A DNA stretch of 64,000 nucleotides from Candidatus Micrarchaeia archaeon (lineage in GTDB: Archaea > Micrarchaeota > Micrarchaeia > CABMEP01): NCBI GenBank assembly GCA_038880755.1, contig JAVZRC010000001.1, forward strand, positions 8,791 through 72,790, read 5' to 3'. The position numbers and the translations under genes are program-made. Shown piece by piece: positions 1-8,457 of this stretch. Below the pieces are notes generated by a model. That model ran no database searches and had not been told where the DNA came from. It saw only the letters and a list, made by a program, of their open reading frames with translations. Positions within the stretch are counted from its first letter, which is position 1. Each line of letters starts with the position of its first letter.

Positions 1-1
1 T

Positions 2-424
2 GCTGAATTTGAGGAATTAGACTCAAAGACAGATAAAATACAAAAAGATATTGAATATTATGACAAACTAGTAGATCAATATAAGAGTGCATCAAATGAA
101 ATAATAAAGGATGTAGGTTTATTATTCGAAGAAAAGCTAAATAAAGGTTCTGCAAATGAAAAGAAAAAGGTTATAGATCTACAGTCAGTTCTATCTTCTG
201 CAAAGGAATCATATTCTGCAGGCATGTATCTAAATTCAATGATGTTGACTCAATATGTAAGAGATGAGCTAATTTCAATTCCGTCAAGTGAAGCAACTAT
301 AGATTTAACATTATTGATATATTTTGGAATAGTAATAATTACAATAGTGATTATATTGAAGATAATATCAAAAAAAGAACCGCCAAAGATAGAGCGAAAG
401 ATAGAAAAAATTAAACTAGATTAA
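2..424 (+). CDS. 3' end of a membrane-anchored coiled-coil protein (partial, begins upstream of window)
   Basis: Frame open from base 2 (AEFEELDSKTDKIQKDIEYY...) through the 224..424 ORF; ends in a hydrophobic TM helix plus basic tail. Confidence 0.75.
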   Translation, partial: AEFEELDSKTDKIQKDIEYYDKLVDQYKSASNEIIKDVGLLFEEKLNKGSANEKKKVIDLQSVLSSAKESYSAGMYLNSMMLTQYVRDELISIPSSEATIDLTLLIYFGIVIITIVIILKIISKKEPPKIERKIEKIKLD

Positions 425-466
425 ATTTAAATACAAAAATAAAAATAAGATTAAAAAATTAAAAGG

Positions 467-637
467 TTAGTAGTCTTCGTCTTCGTATTCTTCCTCTTCA
501 TCTACCCAATCATCTTCAAATTCTTCCTCTTCATCTAGTTCTTCTTCCTCTTCTTCATCTTCATCTTCAAATTCTTCCTCTTCATCTAGTTCTTCTTCCT
601 CTTCTTCCTCTAGTTTCTTAGGATTTCCTTTTGGCAT
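467..637 (-). CDS. 56-aa hyperacidic microprotein (MPKGNPKKL followed by an E/D-rich tract)
   Basis: Manual translation ATG(637) to TAA(467); SD-like AGGTGAG just upstream; below ORF-track size cutoff. Confidence 0.7.
   Translation of the reverse strand: MPKGNPKKLEEEEEEELDEEEEFEDEDEEEEEELDEEEEFEDDWVDEEEEYEDEDY
510..606. repeat. Two-copy repeat of about 46 nt with 51-nt period inside the acidic ORF
   Basis: tcatcttcaaattcttcctcttcatctagttcttcttcctcttctt at about 510 and 561; period is a multiple of 3. Confidence 0.85.
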
Positions 638-746
638 ATTCTCACCTTATAAGGTAAAATATCTGTGGTATATACATAATTAAGTATTAAAAATCTTTTT
701 AATTTCACTAATTGATTATATGTGCTAACTATCGATTTTATATATT

Positions 747-1268
747 TTATAGTTTGATAGAATTTAATTTTATGTAGTCAACCTTTCTATTTTCTCTTAC
801 AATTGCAATAATAAGATTCTTTTTAGCAATTTGAGCAACTCTTAGTAATCTATATATATCCAATGTAGTAATCTTTTCTCTCTCGGAAATCACTTCTATC
901 AAGAAACTACTCTTTCCTTCTCCAGGTCTTATGCCTTTCTCATAAACCCTTAAAGGTGTTCCAAATCCATATCCAGACTTTAGTATATATCCTTTTTCTC
1001 TAAGATCTGAATAGACAGTATATTTAATATCAATATCCTTTTCTTTTTTTATAAATTCTTTCATTAATTCTTTAAATTCAATTTTTTTATTTTTAGATTC
1101 TACCATTATTCTTTTGTTTTCTAACAAATACAATGCTTCATATGGAGAAAGAATAAGTCTTTGTTCTTTGTCAAGAGTTCCATACCCTCTTTCCGTTAAT
1201 ACCTTAATTATTTTAGGATCTTCTTCAATAACAAAATTTTCCAGCAGATAAGCCATAAAATCACACAC
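747..1268 (-). CDS. endA: tRNA-splicing endonuclease subunit (possibly the structural beta subunit)
   Basis: LSPYEALYL and VYSDLREKGY..KSG..FG...RVY motifs; catalytic His position appears replaced. Confidence 0.85.
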   Translation of the reverse strand: MCDFMAYLLENFVIEEDPKIIKVLTERGYGTLDKEQRLILSPYEALYLLENKRIMVESKNKKIEFKELMKEFIKKEKDIDIKYTVYSDLREKGYILKSGYGFGTPLRVYEKGIRPGEGKSSFLIEVISEREKITTLDIYRLLRVAQIAKKNLIIAIVRENRKVDYIKLNSIKL

Positions 1269-1342
1269 CTTATCTGAAAGTCAGTGAACATTATAATCAT
1301 CGTATATTAAGCTTTATAAATTTCTCTGATAAAATATATTCG

Positions 1343-1741
1343 GTGATACTAATGGCAGAAGAAGAAATGAAAGAGGAGATTAAAGAGTCAGTTGAAGGAG
1401 AGGCAGAAATTGCTCCAGAAGAAGACGAGAGACTTCCTTTCCCAACTGCGAGAGTTGTAAGAATATTAAAAGAAAATATGACAAAACCACATCAGATAAG
1501 AGCAGAAGTGAAAATAGCAGCGAATGAATTTCTCGGCGAAATCCTAAAAGATATTGCAAAAGAAATGGATAAGGAAGAAGTTTTCACGCTTTCAACCGAG
1601 CACTTTAACAAGGCAATAAAGAAGTATAAAATGATAGAGTACCAGCAAAAGAGGATTGAAAGAATAAAGAAGCTTCTTGAGAAACAGAAGGCAGAAGTAG
1701 AAGAAGTAATAATGGAGATTGATTTTTCAAGAGATCTCTAA
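1343..1741 (+). CDS. Histone-fold protein with acidic N-tail and C-terminal coiled coil
   Basis: LPFPTARVVRILK matches the LPxARxxRIxK histone-fold start; three-helix pattern followed by a heptad-rich helix. Confidence 0.7.
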   Translation: MILMAEEEMKEEIKESVEGEAEIAPEEDERLPFPTARVVRILKENMTKPHQIRAEVKIAANEFLGEILKDIAKEMDKEEVFTLSTEHFNKAIKKYKMIEYQQKRIERIKKLLEKQKAEVEEVIMEIDFSRDL

Positions 1742-1774
1742 ATTTGTAACTTTTTTCTTTTATTTAGTGGTTAA

Positions 1775-3175
1775 ATGGCAGAAGAGAGAAAAAAAGACTA
1801 CAGCTTTGAATTATTAGGCGCGTTAGTTCTTTTTCTTCTCTTAGCTTTACTTTGTTATTTTCACGTTATCTGCCCTCTTCCTTCTTGTCCGGAGGGATTG
1901 GTTCAGTGCAATAACTGTCCTGGAAATTGTTGCTTGCCAGATGGTAGCTGTCCATGTCCAGCTGGTTCAGTCCCATGCAGCACCTATTGTCCTCAAACAC
2001 TAAACTGTCCAAGCGGATGCTGCAATATAGATACATGTGCATGTACTGCAACTCCACAATGCCCGACTAATACAGTTTGGAGCGAATCAAGGGGATGTTG
2101 TCTGTTCACTTCAGGTCCAAACGCAGGGAAGTGTGCAGAAATATGTAGTGTTGATCCAAAAAGAGTAACATGTCCTATAAAGGGACTAGACGCATGTGAT
2201 TCAAACAATTGCTGTCCCTTAGGCTCATTAGGATGGGATGATTCTCAAAAATGTTGTGTAGATGCGTTAGGGACATGCATTTTAAGTTGCCTGATTGACA
2301 ATACAAGAACTGGTTGTCCAACTCCAAGTCTAGGAGGATGTGATGCAACAGGCTGCTGTCCAAAGGATACATACTGGGACATCAAGAAAGAATGTTGCGT
2401 TTATGAAAATGGTTTTTGCTATGGAGATCCTTGTGCAAATGTTCAATGTCCACCAGACCAAGTTTGTATCGATGGAAGTTGCAAACTCCAAGTCAATCTA
2501 TGTGAAGGGGTTGTTTGCGATGAAGGCCAAATTTGCGATCCTTCAACTGGTTTGTGCTCAGATCCATGCAAGAATGTATTCTGTCCAGCAGGCCAAATAT
2601 GCATTAACGGAACTTGTGAAACTGACCAATGTTATAATGTTCAGTGTCCAGCAGGCCATATTTGCATAAATGGAAATTGTGTTGATTTATGCGAAGGAAA
2701 GATATGCCCAGCAGGCCAGGAGTGTGATCCAGAGACTGGAAACTGCAAAGATAAAAAGTGCAGTTCAACAACTCAATGCAAAATCTGTGATTTAGAACTT
2801 GGCGTTTGCGGAGGGATTCCAGGTTCAAGCCAATGCTCATCAGATGATGATTGCAAGAATGTTGAATGTCAAGCTTCAGGTACTTGTGGTATAAGCGGTG
2901 GGACAGGTGGAAATGGAGGGGAAGGCTCTAATTTAGTGAGTTGCAATTATAAAGGACCATTTACCCAGTGTCCTTCAGACATAATATGTTCAAATGGCTG
3001 TGCTGAAGAGATAAAATGTGCTGATCAGCGTCTTCCTGAAGGTCAGTGCAAAGGAGTAGGAGAAACATGCAGCAGCTCAATAGAATGCTGCTGTGGAAAC
3101 AGCTGTCAGATTGTAAACGGACAGGGATTCTGCTGTCCAGGTGGATTATGGCAATGCGGCTATCAATTTGACTAA
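1775..3175 (+). CDS. Membrane-anchored cysteine-rich repeat surface protein
   Basis: N-terminal TM; about 78 Cys in 466 aa; repeats of type DxCxxVxCPxGQxCxxGxC. Confidence 0.85.
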   Translation: MAEERKKDYSFELLGALVLFLLLALLCYFHVICPLPSCPEGLVQCNNCPGNCCLPDGSCPCPAGSVPCSTYCPQTLNCPSGCCNIDTCACTATPQCPTNTVWSESRGCCLFTSGPNAGKCAEICSVDPKRVTCPIKGLDACDSNNCCPLGSLGWDDSQKCCVDALGTCILSCLIDNTRTGCPTPSLGGCDATGCCPKDTYWDIKKECCVYENGFCYGDPCANVQCPPDQVCIDGSCKLQVNLCEGVVCDEGQICDPSTGLCSDPCKNVFCPAGQICINGTCETDQCYNVQCPAGHICINGNCVDLCEGKICPAGQECDPETGNCKDKKCSSTTQCKICDLELGVCGGIPGSSQCSSDDDCKNVECQASGTCGISGGTGGNGGEGSNLVSCNYKGPFTQCPSDIICSNGCAEEIKCADQRLPEGQCKGVGETCSSSIECCCGNSCQIVNGQGFCCPGGLWQCGYQFD

Positions 3176-3181
3176 AAAGGT

Positions 3182-4492
3182 TTAGTTGTTTTCTGACATT
3201 ATTCTTTTAATTATATAGTCCTTGTCAAATGGAATTAAATCATCGTATTCTTGTCCTACACCTATAAATAATATCGGAACTCCAGTTGCTTTCTTTACAG
3301 ATATTATAGTTCCACCTTTTGCATCAACATCTAATTTTGTAAGTATAACTCCATCAATTTTTATTGCTTCATTAAACTCTGAAACCTGAATAAGCAATGC
3401 ATTTCCCGCTATTCCTTCCCCTACAAAAACTTTCATATTAGGAGAAACAACTCTTTCTATTTTTTTAAGTTGTTCAATTAAATTTCTATTAGTTTCTTGT
3501 CTCCCTGCGCTATCTATTAAAACAATATCCAGGCCCTTTGCCTCAGCATACTTAACTGCATCAAATGCAACTGCAGCAGGGTCAGAGCCATAGTCATGCT
3601 TTATATAAGGGATTTCAAGCCTTTTTGCATGCTCAATTGTCTGCTCTATGGCTGCGGCCCTGAATGTATCTGAAGCAGAGATAACACATTTTAGACCGTT
3701 TTTCTTAAAGTAATGTGCCACTTTCGCTATAGTTGTAGTTTTTCCTGCTCCATTTGGTCCTATGAATAGTATTTTATATGGTTTTCCAGTTGTTTCTCTA
3801 TACTTTTTTACCTCATTTATGAGATCAATTCTTTCTTGTTCTATTACTTTTTCTATTGATTCGTAAATAGAATCTAGTATATATGATTCGATACTGCTTG
3901 ATTTAACACTTTTTCCCACAAGCCTTCCCTTCAGATCAGTGATTATTTCTTCTGCAACAGGAAGGGCTACGTCTGCTGTCAAAAGCTGCATTTCAAAATC
4001 CTCAAGCGCTGTTTTCACATCACTCTCTTTTATTGTAACTTCTGGAGTTATTATTGATTTTACTTTCGTTAGAAGACTAGTCTTAACCTTTATTTCCGCT
4101 TCTTTTAGCTCTGACTGGAGAGGTTTTTCTTTTTTCATTTCTTCTTTAATTTCACCTTTCTCCAGACCAATACTTTCTTTCTGGAGTTTTTCCACCTTCT
4201 TTTCGCCTTCTTCTTTTTTTATTTGTTTTTCAGTATGTATTGCAATTGCATCTTCTTTTGATATATTTTTGTCTTCTATTCCAACACCTTGTTCTGGAAT
4301 AGGAACAGGTTTTTCCTGCTTAATTTCAATCGTCTTTTGAGTGATTTCAAAAGTAGAGACTTCTTCAGTTTTCTTTGATTCGCTTATTTCTTCTTTTATT
4401 TCTTCTGATTTTTTCTCTTCTTTTTCACCAGAAATAGATTTTGTAATAGTATTAACTAAACCAGTGATTTTCTTTTTTAAAATTCCAAACAT
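3182..4492 (-). CDS. ftsY: SRP receptor FtsY
   Basis: GPNGAGKTTT, DTFRAAA, DSAGR, TKLD..AKGG motifs; acidic N-domain. Confidence 0.97.
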   Translation of the reverse strand: MFGILKKKITGLVNTITKSISGEKEEKKSEEIKEEISESKKTEEVSTFEITQKTIEIKQEKPVPIPEQGVGIEDKNISKEDAIAIHTEKQIKKEEGEKKVEKLQKESIGLEKGEIKEEMKKEKPLQSELKEAEIKVKTSLLTKVKSIITPEVTIKESDVKTALEDFEMQLLTADVALPVAEEIITDLKGRLVGKSVKSSSIESYILDSIYESIEKVIEQERIDLINEVKKYRETTGKPYKILFIGPNGAGKTTTIAKVAHYFKKNGLKCVISASDTFRAAAIEQTIEHAKRLEIPYIKHDYGSDPAAVAFDAVKYAEAKGLDIVLIDSAGRQETNRNLIEQLKKIERVVSPNMKVFVGEGIAGNALLIQVSEFNEAIKIDGVILTKLDVDAKGGTIISVKKATGVPILFIGVGQEYDDLIPFDKDYIIKRIMSENN

Positions 4493-4538
4493 AAAATCAC
4501 TGACTTTGAAAATATCGATAATTAATTATAAATAGAGT

Positions 4539-4958
4539 TTATTCACTTTCCTTTTTTTCTGCCATTATTCTTCTTGCTTCTATGTCTATCTCTTTAAGTC
4601 TATTAGATATTGCTTCCATACTCTTTATCAGATCATTCTTTGCTTCATCTAATTCTTTTTTCTTCCCTTCTAGGAATTTGATAGCATCTTCAACACTTGT
4701 TTCTGTAAATATATTTGCACCTACATTCATAAGCAATTTATTCGTTTCTTTAAGCTCTCCTTTAATAAATATACCTGAACCTATGTTAAACAATGTAAGA
4801 TTATTCTCTCTAAGGGCTCTGAGCGCTTCTATTGTCTTATTTATTTCTGCTTCTACTTGCGCTATTGCCCTCATTTGATTTTCTATTTCACGGGCATAAT
4901 GCTGATGATATGAAGCTTCAGCAGCAAGCTGTTCAAATTGTTCTTCTAAACTTACCAT
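4539..4958 (-). CDS. pfdA: Prefoldin alpha subunit
   Basis: Coiled coils flanking IGSG..VGA hairpins; conserved position before ftsY. Confidence 0.92.
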   Translation of the reverse strand: MVSLEEQFEQLAAEASYHQHYAREIENQMRAIAQVEAEINKTIEALRALRENNLTLFNIGSGIFIKGELKETNKLLMNVGANIFTETSVEDAIKFLEGKKKELDEAKNDLIKSMEAISNRLKEIDIEARRIMAEKKESE

Positions 4959-4970
4959 AAAATCACTAGT

Positions 4971-5153
4971 TCACATCTTTTCTACTTTTTCTATTGTAAT
5001 ATCCTTTCTTCTTAAGCCATGGGCATTTCCCATAATTGAATACAATTTATGTGTTGCAAATTTCTCGTTTTCAGCTTCGATTATCTTACTAAATTTTTGT
5101 TCTTTATTTTTTATTTTCATCTTTCCGATCATTCTGAACTTCATGTCATTCAC
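4971..5153 (-). CDS. rplX: 50S ribosomal protein L18Ae/LX
   Basis: FSKIIEAENE..A..KLYS..G..H.LRR..I.I motif; synteny. Confidence 0.9.
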   Translation of the reverse strand: MNDMKFRMIGKMKIKNKEQKFSKIIEAENEKFATHKLYSIMGNAHGLRRKDITIEKVEKM

Positions 5154-5178
5154 CTTTTTGCTACATTTGATAAATATG

Positions 5179-5523
5179 TTAATGAACTTTTAATCCATTT
5201 TCAGTTTTCTCACTCGTAGTGATAAGTATTATCTTTCCTTCTGAATTTTCAACAGCTAAAAGCATTCCATTAGATTCGACGCCCCTAATCTTTCTAGGTT
5301 CTAAATTTGCCACAATAATTATTTGTTTTCCTATTATTTCTTCTGGCTTATACATATGTGCTATTCCTGCAACGAGCTGTCTTTGTTCGTATCCTAAGTC
5401 TATTTTCAGTTTCAATAATTTGTCTGAGCCTTCTACTTTTTCAGCTTCTAATACTGTTGCAGTTCTTAGATCAATTTTTAAAAAAGTATTATAATCAATT
5501 TTTTCTGAAACATTTTGTTCCAA
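5179..5523 (-). CDS. Stand-alone tRNA-binding OB-fold protein (MetRS C-terminal / Trbp111-like)
   Basis: F.KIDLR..V..AE...GSDKLL..RQLVAGI..NLEPRKIRGVESNGMLLA. Confidence 0.92.
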   Translation of the reverse strand: MEQNVSEKIDYNTFLKIDLRTATVLEAEKVEGSDKLLKLKIDLGYEQRQLVAGIAHMYKPEEIIGKQIIIVANLEPRKIRGVESNGMLLAVENSEGKIILITTSEKTENGLKVH

Positions 5524-5540
5524 ACTATCACCATATAAGT

Positions 5541-6239
5541 TTACATGAACCCTAATGATTCAATGATTCTTTGTTGCTCAAATGCAGTAGTAGCTTCTCC
5601 AAAGATTACAGAATGATTATTTCCAACAAGACATAGAGATACAAATGGAACACCACTATTCGCTGTACTTACACCACCTTTTATCTCTAGAAAATTTTCT
5701 ATCATATCCAATTCATCACTATTAAGGTTAGGATGTGCTACAAATCCATTATCATTTGCAAAGACTACACTTCCAATAACATTAAATTTTTCTAATTGCA
5801 ATGCTTCAACTTCTACATCTAGTACATCTCTTATTGTTTTTACTAAATTCTTATCTTTCATTTTTGGATTGATTATGCATTTTTTATTATTTACAACTAA
5901 ATTGTTGGATATTGCTGTGAATTCAGTTTCTAGTATTTCAACATTTATATCAATTCCAATATCTTTAATTTTTCTTTTTACTAAATCTAATTCGTCTTCA
6001 AGAATAACTTTCGAAAATAATATCCCTTTATCATTCATTACTGAGTAAAGTCCAGTTAAAGGACTTCCAAATATATTCACACTAATATCTACAGTTCCAA
6101 GTATTTCACATACTCTTGAGAATTTTTCAGGTTTATTTATTGGCATCAGAGTGATTTTTGAATTGCTCTTCATGAATAGGCCAATATATGGGTTTCCATA
6201 GAAGCCTATTCTTTGTAGTTTACTTATCATTTTTCTCAC
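5541..6239 (-). CDS. eif6: Translation initiation factor 6
   Basis: GNPYIGLF, GSPL.G, AHP, TANSGVPFV, TT..E..RI motifs; synteny. Confidence 0.93.
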   Translation of the reverse strand: MRKMISKLQRIGFYGNPYIGLFMKSNSKITLMPINKPEKFSRVCEILGTVDISVNIFGSPLTGLYSVMNDKGILFSKVILEDELDLVKRKIKDIGIDINVEILETEFTAISNNLVVNNKKCIINPKMKDKNLVKTIRDVLDVEVEALQLEKFNVIGSVVFANDNGFVAHPNLNSDELDMIENFLEIKGGVSTANSGVPFVSLCLVGNNHSVIFGEATTAFEQQRIIESLGFM

Positions 6240-6242
6240 AAT

Positions 6243-6581
6243 TTATTCCTTCTTTCCTTCTTCCTTCTTTTGTTCATTTTTATCTTTCTTTTTTTCTTTT
6301 TTCTCGTTCTTTTCTTCCTTTACTTCATTTTGTGGAAGTGTTACTAAAACTATTCCTGTTTTTTCATCCTTTGTTATTTTTACTTTAATTCTTTTTAGTG
6401 GAAATCTACTTCCATTCTTATATATCTCTTTTGTGACTGCATTATCAATTTTAACATCAAAATAATTTGCCTTAGCATGTCTTGCTGCTAATTCCCTAAG
6501 TAGCTTAATTACAACTTGTCTTCTTTTTGTTCTTGGCTTTTCGTAAGCCTTTTTTAAATTTAAAATCATTAGTTTTTCCAT
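6243..6581 (-). CDS. rpl31e: 50S ribosomal protein L31e
   Basis: NLKKAY..PRTKR...LRE...RH..VKID motif. Confidence 0.92.
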   Translation of the reverse strand: MEKLMILNLKKAYEKPRTKRRQVVIKLLRELAARHAKANYFDVKIDNAVTKEIYKNGSRFPLKRIKVKITKDEKTGIVLVTLPQNEVKEEKNEKKEKKKDKNEQKKEEGKKE

Positions 6582-6589
6582 ACGATCAC

Positions 6590-6757
6590 CTATTCTTTCT
6601 CTCTTGCTCTAAGTTTTTGGCTTCTCCAATGTCTTCTTGACGGAGTGGTATTTACTCTTCTTCCAGTTTTCAACCTAACAAAGATTGGAACAGGTCTTGC
6701 CGATTTAGCTGCACTGACCAATCTCTTTTTCTTTTGAGCAGATTTTTTGCTTCCCAT
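6590..6757 (-). CDS. rpl39e: 50S ribosomal protein L39e (55 aa)
   Basis: Manual translation MGSKKSAQKKKRL...PVPIFVRLKT...RRHWRSQKL; expected synteny. Confidence 0.93.
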   Translation of the reverse strand: MGSKKSAQKKKRLVSAAKSARPVPIFVRLKTGRRVNTTPSRRHWRSQKLRAREKE

Positions 6758-6758
6758 A

Positions 6759-7028
6759 TTATTTCCTCCTTATATGAATTTTAGTTTCTGGCTGTTTTGA
6801 AACAGCCAAATTCATGTTTAGTATCGTTAATAATTCTTTTTCAGTTACTCTTCTTCTTATTTTTTGGTAATAATGAATTAATGCATTAGCAACTTTTAGA
6901 TAAAGTTCTGGATTGGAAAGTCTCACATTCATGAGGCGAGTATAAGCATCATCTTCTAAAATAACGCTCAACGTCTTTTTTAGCTGGAGTTCAGCCTGCT
7001 GAGCAGCCAGAATTTTATCTTCCTCCAA
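6759..7028 (-). CDS. PDCD5/TFAR19-family DNA-binding protein
   Basis: IL..DA..RL.NVRLSNPE motif; ends IHIRRK; conserved position after S19e. Confidence 0.88.
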   Translation of the reverse strand: MEEDKILAAQQAELQLKKTLSVILEDDAYTRLMNVRLSNPELYLKVANALIHYYQKIRRRVTEKELLTILNMNLAVSKQPETKIHIRRK

Positions 7029-7040
7029 GATCCCACCTTC

Positions 7041-7457
7041 TTACTTTCTTGAAATTTCTTTTGCTACGTTATTAAGAAGAGAGATCCCTTTCTTTGAAAT
7101 ATGTCTTCCTTTCTTATCTTTAATTATTAAATTTGATTTTTCAAGTTGTTGCAATGCTTTTCTGATGATAGAACCACCAGCTTTAGTAGCATGCATTCTT
7201 CCGCTTCTGCTTCCAGGTTTTCCTCCAAATCTTTCTCTAAGAGCGCTGACACCCATCGGACCTTCAATATAAAGAGCCCTCAATATAGCTGCACATCTTA
7301 TATACCAGAAGTCTTCATCTTGTGGGACTCTTTCTCTGTGTGATCCTGTTTTAACATATATTATCCATTCAGGTGGGGTAACCAATCCATCCTGTTTGAG
7401 CTTCTGAGCAACTCCTTTTATAAGTTTATTTGGCTCTACATCAAATACAGTAATCAT
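7041..7457 (-). CDS. rps19e: 30S ribosomal protein S19e
   Basis: PEW..YVKTG..RERVPQ..DFWYIR.A and GSIIRKALQQLE; start moved to ATG 7457. Confidence 0.96.
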   Translation of the reverse strand: MITVFDVEPNKLIKGVAQKLKQDGLVTPPEWIIYVKTGSHRERVPQDEDFWYIRCAAILRALYIEGPMGVSALRERFGGKPGSRSGRMHATKAGGSIIRKALQQLEKSNLIIKDKKGRHISKKGISLLNNVAKEISRK

Positions 7458-7458
7458 T

Positions 7459-7758
7459 TCAATCCCTCTTTTTAGCATACCCAAAGCGCCGCACTGATCC
7501 GCATGAGCACACATATTCAACGGATTTGCTTCGCTTGTTTAATTTTATTTTAACATTATATCCTGGAATCCATATTATATTACATATCTTGCATATTCTT
7601 TTTTTAAATCTTTTTGGAATAGCAACTCTATATCTTGAAGAGAGCTTCCTTGCAAGAGATACGTATCTTTTAGTTCTTTCTTCTTTCGTCTTTGCATATT
7701 TTTCTGCTAGTTCAAGAAGCCATTCTATTCTCTCAAGAACCAGCTCTCTCTTGTTCAT
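7459..7758 (-). CDS. rnp4: RNase P protein component 4 (Rpp21)
   Basis: ERI..L...RYV.LAR; CKIC...CSCG...RF zinc ribbon. Confidence 0.92.
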   Translation of the reverse strand: MNKRELVLERIEWLLELAEKYAKTKEERTKRYVSLARKLSSRYRVAIPKRFKKRICKICNIIWIPGYNVKIKLNKRSKSVEYVCSCGSVRRFGYAKKRD

Positions 7759-7773
7759 TTTGAAACCTTTAAG

Positions 7774-7884
7774 TGGGCCGGCGGAGATTTGAACTCCGGA
7801 CCTACAGTTATCCTAAACCAGTTCTGAATATATCAGAACGCGCCATATAAGACTGTCGCTCTGACCTGGCTGAGCTACCGGCCC
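7774..7884 (-). tRNA. tRNA-Ile(UAU) with 36-nt BHB intron at 37/38 (intron 7810..7845)
   Basis: Cloverleaf GGGCCGG/CCGGCCC-A; anticodon arm ACAGT-CT TAT A^A-ACTGT; central helix CTTA/TAGG with 3-nt bulges. Confidence 0.9.
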
Positions 7885-7994
7885 TTATTATCTAGATATG
7901 AAATACTGTAGAATAGCAGAATTAATATTATATTATAAAATATATAATTCTTTCTGTAACACCTAAAATTAGAGTAAATATAGAGGCTAGAATA

Positions 7995-8438
7995 TCATTC
8001 ACAGCCAATACAATGCTCACAACCATGGCATTGCATCGATGTATATAATTTGATAGCATCTTTAATTATTTCATTATGATCGAAACCAAGTTTTGGTACT
8101 TTATCTAAATCAAACCATTTTACTTCTTTAACTTCCTCATTTTTAATCAAATTAATAGTATTATCTTTTGGAAATGCAAGAAATGCTATGCTTATAGTAT
8201 GTCTTTTATCCCTTTTAGGGCTTGAATATACTCCAATTATACCTAATAATTCAATATCAACCCCAGTCTCTTCTTTTGTTTCTCTTATTGCTGCATGTTC
8301 AATATCTTCATTAATTTCTACGAACCCTCCAGGTAAACACCATTTTCCTATAAAAGGAGGGTTTTTTCTTTTTATAAGAAGTATTTCATTATTATGGATT
8401 ACTACAACATCAACAGCAGTAGGTCTGTATTCTTTCAT
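7995..8438 (-). CDS. NUDIX hydrolase (ADP-ribose pyrophosphatase-like)
   Basis: GGFVE..E....AAIRETKEETG Nudix box; RD.R and LGFDH motifs. Confidence 0.92.
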   Translation of the reverse strand: MKEYRPTAVDVVVIHNNEILLIKRKNPPFIGKWCLPGGFVEINEDIEHAAIRETKEETGVDIELLGIIGVYSSPKRDKRHTISIAFLAFPKDNTINLIKNEEVKEVKWFDLDKVPKLGFDHNEIIKDAIKLYTSMQCHGCEHCIGCE

Positions 8439-8457
8439 TTTATCACCATTTAAAATA

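Noticed and set aside
7458-7520. ORF-track N-terminal extension of S19e
   Set aside because: Overlaps rnp4; S19e homology begins at MITVFDV
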